Assembly: GCA_964544895.1 (NCBI GenBank)
Contig: CAZJEA010000001.1
Coordinates: 9,475-73,474 of the forward strand
DNA from: an uncultured Bacteroides sp.
GTDB lineage: Bacteria > Bacteroidota > Bacteroidia > Bacteroidales > Muribaculaceae
Direction of reading: 5' to 3'
DNA length: 64,000 nucleotides
The number at the start of each line of letters is the position of its first letter. The stretch's first letter is position 1. Positions 50,383-58,298 of this stretch are shown here, one piece after another. The translations under genes and the position numbers were made by a program. Below the pieces are notes generated by a model. It searched no databases, was not told the DNA's origin, and worked only from the letters and a program-made list of their open reading frames with translations.

Positions 50383-50414
50383 TTTGATTATGCGATGAAA
50401 TTTTTGTAACTTTG
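50383..50414 (+). promoter_or_regulatory. Promoter of rfbD-prfC
   Basis: TTTG (50383-50386), 20 nt, TAACTTTG (50407-50414). Confidence 0.7.
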
Positions 50415-50448
50415 CATCTGCAAAATATCTCGTACTAAAATAACCACG

Positions 50449-51303
50449 ATGAAAATACTTGTTACAGGTAGCGCCGGTCAACTTGGCACCGAACTTCATG
50501 ACGTGCTCGAATCACGTTGCCCGGGTGTGACTGAATATGTCGATATTAACGAATTAGACCTTTGTGATGGCGATGCAGTAGAAAAATTCGTGATCAACGG
50601 AGGGTTTTCTCACATTATTAATTGTGCAGCTTACACTGCCGTTGACCGTGCCGAAGAAGAAACCGGTCAATGCACAACCGTAAACGTTGATGCTGTGCGC
50701 CATTTGGCTCACGCTGCTTCTGAAATGGGCACTAAAATGCTACACATTTCTACCGATTACGTCTTTGACGGCACTGCCTACAGACCTTATGTGGAGAGCG
50801 ACAAACCGGCTCCGGCTTCTCACTACGGCGTAACTAAACGTCGCAGCGAAACCGACCTCGTTGGTTTACTCCCCGACGCTATAATCGTGCGCACAGGGTG
50901 GCTTTACTCTCCTCACGGTCACAACTTTGTAAAAACAATTTTGGCTAAAGCTGCTGAGACTGACAAACTTCGCGTTGTCGCTGACCAAATCGGCACCCCT
51001 ACCTACGCTCGCGATCTCGCTGAAATGATAGCGACTATGGTATTGGCTCCTCAATGGCTTTCTGGCACATATCACTTCTCTAGCGAAGGGGTGGCTTCGT
51101 GGTATGATTTTGCTGTCGCAATACTTGAAATAGCAGGCATAACTAATGTTAAGGTTAAGCCTATTTTAAGCACTGACTACCCCACCGCTGCAACACGCCC
51201 TTACTACTCCGTGCTCGACAAATCAAAAATCAAAGCAACCTATAACATCACTCTCCCTCACTGGCGCGAGTCGCTAAAAGCATGCCTAAAACGTATGCTA
51301 TAA
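50449..51303 (+). CDS. rfbD: dTDP-4-dehydrorhamnose reductase
   Basis: [38 protein letters not shown]. Confidence 0.95.
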   Translation: MKILVTGSAGQLGTELHDVLESRCPGVTEYVDINELDLCDGDAVEKFVINGGFSHIINCAAYTAVDRAEEETGQCTTVNVDAVRHLAHAASEMGTKMLHISTDYVFDGTAYRPYVESDKPAPASHYGVTKRRSETDLVGLLPDAIIVRTGWLYSPHGHNFVKTILAKAAETDKLRVVADQIGTPTYARDLAEMIATMVLAPQWLSGTYHFSSEGVASWYDFAVAILEIAGITNVKVKPILSTDYPTAATRPYYSVLDKSKIKATYNITLPHWRESLKACLKRML

Positions 51304-51325
51304 CTTTATTATTACTACATCTTTT

Positions 51326-52906
51326 ATGGCAACAATTAACGAAGAGATAAAACGACGCCGCACGTTCGCAATTATTTCACACCCTGACGCCGGTAAAACC
51401 ACACTCACCGAAAAGCTTTTGCTTTTTGGTGGCGCTATTCACGTGGCTGGTGCTGTGAAATCTAATAAAATCAAAAAAACGGCTACCAGCGACTGGATGG
51501 AAATTGAAAAGCAACGCGGCATCTCGGTTGCTACTTCAGTGATGGGATTTGAGTATAACGGATACAAAATCAACATCCTCGACACTCCCGGTCACCAAGA
51601 CTTCGCTGAAGATACCTACCGCACTCTCACTGCTGTCGACTCTGTTATCATTGTTGTCGATGTGGCTAAAGGTGTTGAGATGCAAACGCGCAAGCTTATG
51701 GAGGTGTGCCGCATGCGCAACACTCCGGTAATAATCTTTGTCAACAAACTTGACCGCGAAGGTCGCGACCCATTCGACATCCTCGACGAGCTTGAACAAG
51801 AACTTAAAATTAATGTGCGCCCTCTAAGTTGGCCTATAAACATAGGTGCTAAATTTAAAGGCGTATATAATATATATGAGCACTCTCTCGACCTTTTCAC
51901 TCCTAACAAACAACGCGTGAGCGAACGTGTGGAGATTGAAAACGTCAACGATCCGCGCATCGACGAAGCTGTTGGCGAAGACGATGCTGCCAAACTTCGC
52001 GAAGACCTTGACCTCATTGAAGGTGTTTATCCCGAATTTGACAAAGAAACATATCTTGCAGGTCGCGTGGCTCCGGTATTTTTCGGCTCTGCGCTAAACA
52101 CTTTCGGCGTTAAAGAGTTGCTCGACTGCTTCGTGGAAATTGCTCCGTCTCCACGCCCCGTGGTTACAGCAGAACGCACTGTAAATCCCGAAGACGAAGG
52201 TTTTAGCGGCTTTGTGTTCAAGATTCACGCCAATATGGATCCAAACCACCGCAGCTGCATTGCCTTCCTCAAAATATGCTCAGGCAAATTTGAACGCAAT
52301 GCCGTCTACAAGCACATTCGCACCGGCAAACAGCTCAAATTTTCAGCTCCGACAGCATTTATGGCTCAAAAGAAAAACGTTGTCGACGAGGCTTACCCCG
52401 GTGACATCGTGGGCCTTCCCGATACCGGCAACTTCAAAATCGGTGACACTGTAACTAGCGGCGAAATGTTACACTTCAAAGGCATTCCTTCTTTCTCTCC
52501 CGAGATGTTTAAATATATTGAGAATACTGACCCAATGAAAACAAAACAGCTCGAAAAAGGCATACAACAGCTCATGGACGAAGGTGTGGCTCAGCTATTC
52601 GTAAACCAATTTAACGGACGCAAAATCATCGGCACCGTTGGACAATTGCAGTTTGAAGTTATTCAATATCGTCTGCTCCACGAATATGGTGCCCAATGCC
52701 GCTGGGAACCAATCTCGCTTTACAAAGCTTGCTGGATTGAAAGCGACGATGACGCTGCCCTTGAAGCTTTCAAAAAACGCAAACATCAGTTTATGGCTAT
52801 TGACCGCGATGGTCGCGACGTCTTTATGGCCGACTCTAACTATGTGCTTCAAATGGCTCAGTCTGACTTCCCTAAAATTAAATTCCACTTCACCAGCGAA
52901 TTTTAA
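51326..52906 (+). CDS. prfC: Peptide chain release factor 3
   Basis: [52 protein letters not shown]. Confidence 0.98.
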   Translation: MATINEEIKRRRTFAIISHPDAGKTTLTEKLLLFGGAIHVAGAVKSNKIKKTATSDWMEIEKQRGISVATSVMGFEYNGYKINILDTPGHQDFAEDTYRTLTAVDSVIIVVDVAKGVEMQTRKLMEVCRMRNTPVIIFVNKLDREGRDPFDILDELEQELKINVRPLSWPINIGAKFKGVYNIYEHSLDLFTPNKQRVSERVEIENVNDPRIDEAVGEDDAAKLREDLDLIEGVYPEFDKETYLAGRVAPVFFGSALNTFGVKELLDCFVEIAPSPRPVVTAERTVNPEDEGFSGFVFKIHANMDPNHRSCIAFLKICSGKFERNAVYKHIRTGKQLKFSAPTAFMAQKKNVVDEAYPGDIVGLPDTGNFKIGDTVTSGEMLHFKGIPSFSPEMFKYIENTDPMKTKQLEKGIQQLMDEGVAQLFVNQFNGRKIIGTVGQLQFEVIQYRLLHEYGAQCRWEPISLYKACWIESDDDAALEAFKKRKHQFMAIDRDGRDVFMADSNYVLQMAQSDFPKIKFHFTSEF

Positions 52907-52932
52907 CAAGCCCAATTTAGGCAACTATTATA

Positions 52933-52983
52933 AAGTAGGAAATAAATACCGCTCTTAGGTTTTTATTTCCTACTTCTTATTTT
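52933..52983 (+). terminator. Terminator after prfC
   Basis: aagtaggaaataaa...tttatttcctactt inverted repeat with a T-rich tail. Confidence 0.7.
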
Positions 52984-53052
52984 CTCAACCCTCACCAAAT
53001 CTTTGCAACTATATTTATTTTGAGAACTGGATAATTTTTTTTTGCGAAAAAA

Positions 53053-53108
53053 TTTGGTAGATTAAAAAATAGTATCTACATTTGCGGTGTACTATTACAC
53101 TAATACAC
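53053..53108 (+). promoter_or_regulatory. Promoter plus YtrA/GntR-type operator
   Basis: TTTG (53053-53056), 20 nt, TACATTTG (53077-53084), then the palindrome GTGTACTA-ttacac-TAATACAC (53087-53108). Confidence 0.8.
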
Positions 53109-53120
53109 TAAAACAGTAAT

Positions 53121-53282
53121 ATGGATACTTTACTTAAATTTAAACAGCGTCTCAGCAAAACCACCATTTGCATAGCTATTGTTATACTCATAGCAGTTGC
53201 CGCAGTTGTGGCTTTCGGTGCAAATGGCGTAAAAATAAATCTTACGGCTGCCAGTGTAATAGCACTTTTTCTTGCATTATAA
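53121..53282 (+). CDS. Small hydrophobic peptide (53 aa, 1-2 TM segments), first ORF of the ABC-GntR operon
   Basis: Hand translation MDTLLKFKQRLSKTTICIAIVILIAVAAVVAFGANGVKINLTAASVIALFLAL*. Fills the space between operator and ABC gene, below the ORF-track size cut-off. Confidence 0.6.
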   Translation: MDTLLKFKQRLSKTTICIAIVILIAVAAVVAFGANGVKINLTAASVIALFLAL

Positions 53283-53300
53283 ATTTCAAAATTAACATTT

Positions 53301-54134
53301 ATGTTATCTCTCAAATCTCTATTTTTCAGCTATCCGAAAGCAAAGACTCCTTTGCTCGAAGATATTAACCTAAACATTGAGGCCGGACACATTTATGGCC
53401 TACTTGGCGCTAACGGCGAAGGCAAAAGCACGCTGCTATATCTCATTGCCGGCCTATTGTTCCCCAAAAACGGCACTGTCTCTTTTAACGACGTGCAAAC
53501 AAAACTCCGCCTTCCCTCTACACTCGCCGAAATTTTTATCGTCCCCGAAGAAATTACGCTTCCAAACATCACGCTACAGCAATACATAAAGCTCAACGCT
53601 CCTTTCTATCCAAACTTCTCTTTTGACGACCTAAAAAAATACCTCGAGCAATTTCGTCTCGACGTCGACATTCATCTCGGAAAACTCTCTATGGGTCAGA
53701 AAAAGAAAGTCTTTGTAGCTTTTGCTCTTGCTTGCAACACTTCTCTCTTGCTTATGGATGAGCCTACTAACGGGCTTGACATCCCCGGCAAAACCGACTT
53801 CCGACGCGCCATTGTCTCGGCTATGAACGACGACCGCACCATTATCATCAGCACACACCAAGTGCGCGACCTCGACCGCGTGCTCGACCATGTCATCATA
53901 ATGGGCAAGCATAAAATTGTGCTTAACGCTTCATTGCCACAACTCACTAAAAAAGTTTCATTCATCAACTCCGCCGACGCTGCCGAATGTAGCGGCGCTA
54001 TCTTCTTTGAACCTGTGCCGGGAGGCTACAACATTATTCGCCGTAATATCAACGACGAAGACACAGATGTTAATCTTGAAACTCTTTTCGACTTCATTTT
54101 TGCTAATCCCGATAAAATTGATCAACTATTATGA
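53301..54134 (+). CDS. ABC transporter ATP-binding protein (YtrB-like)
   Basis: GANGEGKST, LSMGQ, LLMDEPT, ISTH. Confidence 0.93.
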   Translation: MLSLKSLFFSYPKAKTPLLEDINLNIEAGHIYGLLGANGEGKSTLLYLIAGLLFPKNGTVSFNDVQTKLRLPSTLAEIFIVPEEITLPNITLQQYIKLNAPFYPNFSFDDLKKYLEQFRLDVDIHLGKLSMGQKKKVFVAFALACNTSLLLMDEPTNGLDIPGKTDFRRAIVSAMNDDRTIIISTHQVRDLDRVLDHVIIMGKHKIVLNASLPQLTKKVSFINSADAAECSGAIFFEPVPGGYNIIRRNINDEDTDVNLETLFDFIFANPDKIDQLL

Positions 54135-54931
54135 ACTCTATAAATCAAACTAGCAATCAGACCTTCAGCTTCGCCCGCTACTCTGCTCTGCTCAAAACAT
54201 ACATCATCGAAAACGGCAAAACCCTCGGGCTATACACCGCCGTGCTCATCGGCATAAGCATACTCGTCGGCGCTTTAATCGGCAACAACCTCTCCACAGA
54301 CAATCGCTTCTCGGGCGACCCCAGAGTTGCCGACATAATGATGGGCACATACATATACATGGCTTTCTCTTCCTGCCTCGCCATCTCGGCGTCATTCATG
54401 TTCTCATCAATGCAAACACGCTCATCGCGCATCTCAACACTCATGCTTCCAGCCAGCATGGCCGAAAAATATCTGGTGCGATACACAGTCTATTTCTTCC
54501 TATACATTGCATCGTTCATCATTGCCGCTCTTTGCGGTGAAGCTGGACGTCTGCTTGCAAGCCCCTCGGGCACTCCCAGCATATTCAGCGAAATTGGCAA
54601 AATCTTCTCATATCTCAGCCAATCAAAAGTAACCACATTCTTAATTCTATATTTGATTGGCGCTGTGTTATCTAACCACTCTTTCTACACCCTCGGCAGC
54701 TCGCTGTGGCCCCGCCACTCATTCTTCAAGACTTTCATTGTCTCGATTGCTTTCGGCATGATTTTAGTTATTATTCTCCCCTCTGAACTACTCATTCTCT
54801 TCTCTGAAGCATTCAAAGACTGCAACTGGTCTATCCTCGCACTCTTATATGTTTGGACCGCCGTTTGCTACCTCCTCTCTTGGATACGCTTCCGCTCTAC
54901 GCAAATTGTTCAACCTTTTATGATGAACTAA
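54131..54931 (+). CDS. ABC-2 type permease
   Basis: About 6 TM segments with LMLPASMAEKY motif. ATGA-coupled to the ATPase. Confidence 0.75.
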   Translation: MNSINQTSNQTFSFARYSALLKTYIIENGKTLGLYTAVLIGISILVGALIGNNLSTDNRFSGDPRVADIMMGTYIYMAFSSCLAISASFMFSSMQTRSSRISTLMLPASMAEKYLVRYTVYFFLYIASFIIAALCGEAGRLLASPSGTPSIFSEIGKIFSYLSQSKVTTFLILYLIGAVLSNHSFYTLGSSLWPRHSFFKTFIVSIAFGMILVIILPSELLILFSEAFKDCNWSILALLYVWTAVCYLLSWIRFRSTQIVQPFMMN

Positions 54932-54935
54932 CATT

Positions 54936-55298
54936 ATGGGTATTAAAGATAATCGTCCAATATACCTGCAGATTGCAGACTGGCTCATGGAGGAAATCCT
55001 TGCCGAGCACTATAAACCCGACGAGCGAGTGCCGTCTGTTCGCGATAGCGCAGCCCAATCGCAAGTCAATGCCAACACTGCCGTACGCGCTTACGAGCAC
55101 CTCGAAAACGCAGGAATAATATATAACAAACGTGGTCTTGGATATTTCGTCGCCCCCGATGCTGCAAAAAAAATTGTAGAAATGCGCCGACAGGAGTTTT
55201 TCTCTACTGAAATGTCTTACTTCTTCAGCCGTCTACGCTCTATGGGCATGACCCCCGACGAACTCCTCGCTCACTACACAGATTTTCTTAAAAACTAA
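54936..55298 (+). CDS. GntR family (YtrA subfamily) transcriptional regulator
   Basis: PIYLQI, PSVRD, VNANTAVRAY, KRGLGYFV. Short C-terminus. Confidence 0.93.
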   Translation: MGIKDNRPIYLQIADWLMEEILAEHYKPDERVPSVRDSAAQSQVNANTAVRAYEHLENAGIIYNKRGLGYFVAPDAAKKIVEMRRQEFFSTEMSYFFSRLRSMGMTPDELLAHYTDFLKN

Positions 55299-55304
55299 AA
55301 AATA

Positions 55305-55345
55305 GCAACACAATGTCAATTAGCGGCATTGTGTTGCCCTTTTTT
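55305..55345 (+). terminator. Terminator after gntR
   Basis: gcaacacaatgtc...ggcattgtgttgc hairpin followed by a T-run. Confidence 0.8.
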
Positions 55346-55402
55346 CCGCCATTTCCTACATTAATTTTCCGCCATTTGGTACATTAATTTTCCGCCAATT
55401 TG
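55342..55402 (+). repeat. Tandem 23-bp-period repeats (two full, one partial)
   Basis: TTTTCCGCCA at 55342, 55365 and 55388. Units ttttccgccattt-cc/gg-tacattaa. Confidence 0.88.
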
Positions 55403-55430
55403 ACTAATTCTGATTTTTTTCATATATTTG
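55399..55430 (+). promoter_or_regulatory. Promoter of the second AAA-DUF4143 gene
   Basis: TTTG (55399-55402), 20 nt, TATATTTG (55423-55430). Confidence 0.7.
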
Positions 55431-55454
55431 CAGTCGAATAACTCACTAATAATC

Positions 55455-56741
55455 ATGGCAAAAACAGAATATAAACCAAGAATTGTTGATGCTATCCTGC
55501 AACAAAAGTTACAGGGCATGGGAGCTGTGCTAATAGAAGGGCCAAAATGGTGCGGTAAAACTACAACTGCAGAGCAACAAGCAAAGAGCATTTTGTATAT
55601 GGACGACCCATCTGCAAAGGATATGAACTTGTCAACAGCAAGCATAAAGCCTTCGCTTTTGCTTGAGGGCGAAACTCCTCGCTTGATTGATGAGTGGCAG
55701 TTAGCGCCGCAACTGTGGGATGCCGTCCGATTTACAGTTGACCATCGCAGCGATGACGGACAATTTATTCTGACAGGCTCTGCCGTGCCATTGGTCGGCG
55801 AGGATGATAAAAAGCGCATGCACTCCGGCACAGGGCGCATAGCTCGTCTACGAATGAGGCCGATGAGCCTATGGGAGTCTGGTGACTCGACCGGAGACAT
55901 AAGTCTGCGTAAACTGTTCACCGGCGAACAACAAACAGCTATCTGCAAAACCGAATTAGAGCAGATAGCATACTTGGTGTGTCGCGGTGGATGGCCGAGA
56001 GCCACATTTCAAAAGCCGGAAATTGCTCTAGATAGGGCGACCGACTACTACGAAGCCGTGATAAACGTTGATATACAGCGCGTTGACGGTGTGCAGCGCA
56101 ACCCCGATAGAATTGCGCGTTTGATGCGATCATACGCTAGAATGCAAGGCACACAAACCCCATTATCAGCAATATGCCAAGACATGAAGGCGAATGATAG
56201 CTCAACACTCGACGATAGAACTGTGGCCGCTTATATTAATGCGCTAAAACTGATATATGTTGTAGAAGATTTACCGGCATGGAATCCAAATTTACGCAGC
56301 AAAACTGCCATCCGCACAAGTGATACTCGCTACTTTATAGATCCGTCAATAGCTGTAGCTGCTCTTGGTTTAGGGCCAAAAGACTTGATAAACGACCTTA
56401 ATACTTTCGGTTTCCTTTTTGAAGCAATGTGCATCAGAGATCTTCGCGTTTTTGCCGATGCTCTTAACGGTCAATTATATCATTACCGCGACAAAGATGG
56501 CTTGGAATGTGATGCTGTGCTACACCTACGCAACGGCAACTACGGCCTAATTGAAGTGAAACTCGGCGGCAATAAACTTATTGAAGAAGGTGCCTCTAAT
56601 TTGATAAAACTATCTAAAAAATTAGATACAACTCGCATGAAAGAGCCGTCTTTTATGATGGTTTTGACCGCTATCGGAAATTTCGCTTTCAAACGTGAGG
56701 ATGGCATTTATGTTGTGCCTATTTCTTGCTTGAAAGATTAA
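55455..56741 (+). CDS. AAA_14 + DUF4143 ATPase with C-terminal PD-(D/E)xK-like motif (second subfamily)
   Basis: Walker A GPKWCGKTT, LIDEWQ, ILTGS, GGWP, FIDPS, ECDAV...LIEVK. Start moved to ATG 55455, downstream of the promoter. Confidence 0.88.
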   Translation: MAKTEYKPRIVDAILQQKLQGMGAVLIEGPKWCGKTTTAEQQAKSILYMDDPSAKDMNLSTASIKPSLLLEGETPRLIDEWQLAPQLWDAVRFTVDHRSDDGQFILTGSAVPLVGEDDKKRMHSGTGRIARLRMRPMSLWESGDSTGDISLRKLFTGEQQTAICKTELEQIAYLVCRGGWPRATFQKPEIALDRATDYYEAVINVDIQRVDGVQRNPDRIARLMRSYARMQGTQTPLSAICQDMKANDSSTLDDRTVAAYINALKLIYVVEDLPAWNPNLRSKTAIRTSDTRYFIDPSIAVAALGLGPKDLINDLNTFGFLFEAMCIRDLRVFADALNGQLYHYRDKDGLECDAVLHLRNGNYGLIEVKLGGNKLIEEGASNLIKLSKKLDTTRMKEPSFMMVLTAIGNFAFKREDGIYVVPISCLKD

Positions 56742-56815
56742 TTTTTAAATGTTTTATGTGAGTTATATCGTGCAAAAGGTGTAAATTTGTTGCACATAAT
56801 TAATATACCACATAA

Positions 56816-58222
56816 ATGAAAACTTGGATGAAATGGGCAATGGTTTTGCCCCTAATGTGCAGCAGCGCAATGAGTGCGCAAACAGCTCGCACGCTAAAAC
56901 TTTATAACTCAGCCGATAGCGCTTCTACGCTTGAAGTCTTTTTACCGGAAAATCCTACGGGAAGAGCCATTGTCGATTGCCCAGGCGGTGGATACGTGAA
57001 TCTGGCTATGGATCACGAAGGTTACGATTGGGTGAAATATTTTAACGAGCAAGGCATTGCCTATTGCATTCTCTCATACCGTATGCCTCACGGCGACCGC
57101 AATATCCCTCTTTGCGATGCTTATCACGCCATCACCACTGTTCGCGACAGTGCCGAGGTGTGGCACGTAAATCCTTACGACGTCGGCATTATGGGCTTTT
57201 CTGCTGGTGGGCACCTCGCTTCATCTGTAAGCACTCACGCTCCTTTTGAAGCTCGCCCCAACTTCACTATTCTTTTTTACCCGGTGGTGTCTATGGATGC
57301 AAAAGAAACGCACCAAGGATCATGCGAAAACTTTCTCGGTGAAGGTCAAAACGACGCAAACCTTGTGCGATATTGGTCTAATTATAACGTCGTTAGCACT
57401 CATCTCGTACCTCCTGCCGCAATCTTCATGTCGGCTGACGATGGACTTGTGCCTCCGGCAACCAACGGCATAAAATATTATCAAGCACTTATACGTGCCG
57501 GCATACCTTGTGGTATGTACATCTACCCCTCAGGCGGACATGGCTTTGGATACCACACTGACTACGCCTATCACAATCAAATGCTCAACGAGCTTTCGAC
57601 TTGGCTAAAAAATCTGCCGGCGCCAAAATCTGATGCCGTGCGCGTGGCTTGCATTGGCAACAGCATTACCGACGGATATGGTGTTGAAATGTGCAGCGTA
57701 AACGGATACCCGGCAAAATTGCAGCAACTGCTTGGCGAGGGATACAATGTACGCAATTTTGGCCGTAGCTCTCGCACTCTGCTCAACAAGGGAGACTATC
57801 CGTATATGAACGAAGAAGCTTGGCAACATGCACTCGCCTTCAATCCGAACATTGTTATCGTGAAACTCGGCACTAACGACTCTAAACCCGAAAATTGGCA
57901 ATACGGCAAAGAGTTTGAGCACGACTTGCAACAAATGGTTGACTCTCTTAAAGCTCTCCCCGCCCACCCTCTGATTTACCTTGCCACTCCAATTCCGGCA
58001 TTCAAGAGCACTTGGAACATTTCTGACTCTGTTATCACTGACGAAATTATTCCAATCATCCGAAAAATTGCTAAGAAAAACAAACTGCAAATAATAGATC
58101 TTCACTCGCAATTTAAAGATGACAATAACAACCAAATGCTCGACGATGGCATACATCCTAACGCTGTTGGCGCTGCACAAATGGCTAAAATAGTTGCTAA
58201 TTCGCTCATGCAGACGAAATAA
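56816..58222 (+). CDS. Exported bifunctional esterase: alpha/beta hydrolase (BD-FAE-like) fused to an SGNH domain
   Basis: Signal peptide. CPGGGY, GFSAGG, DDGLV, GGHGFG, then GNSITDG, LGTND, DGIHP. Confidence 0.85.
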   Translation: MKTWMKWAMVLPLMCSSAMSAQTARTLKLYNSADSASTLEVFLPENPTGRAIVDCPGGGYVNLAMDHEGYDWVKYFNEQGIAYCILSYRMPHGDRNIPLCDAYHAITTVRDSAEVWHVNPYDVGIMGFSAGGHLASSVSTHAPFEARPNFTILFYPVVSMDAKETHQGSCENFLGEGQNDANLVRYWSNYNVVSTHLVPPAAIFMSADDGLVPPATNGIKYYQALIRAGIPCGMYIYPSGGHGFGYHTDYAYHNQMLNELSTWLKNLPAPKSDAVRVACIGNSITDGYGVEMCSVNGYPAKLQQLLGEGYNVRNFGRSSRTLLNKGDYPYMNEEAWQHALAFNPNIVIVKLGTNDSKPENWQYGKEFEHDLQQMVDSLKALPAHPLIYLATPIPAFKSTWNISDSVITDEIIPIIRKIAKKNKLQIIDLHSQFKDDNNNQMLDDGIHPNAVGAAQMAKIVANSLMQTK

Positions 58223-58236
58223 CAAATAATAATATC

Positions 58237-58279
58237 AAAAAAAGTAGGCCGAGAGTTCTTTTCCCGGCCTACTTTTTTT
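58237..58279. terminator. Bidirectional terminator
   Basis: aaaaaaagtaggccg...cggcctacttttttt between convergent genes. Confidence 0.88.
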
Positions 58280-58298
58280 ATAGTTATTTACTTTTTAA

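Noticed and set aside
50449-51303. rfbD as the start of a polysaccharide locus
   Set aside because: No other rml or glycosyltransferase genes are adjacent. It is simply paired with prfC.
140-58225. Long antisense ORFs such as 140-655, 6246-6926, 13060-13716, 33698-34393, 55361-56005 and 57605-58225
   Set aside because: They overlap well-supported genes on the opposite strand almost entirely, have no motifs, and are expected from codon bias.
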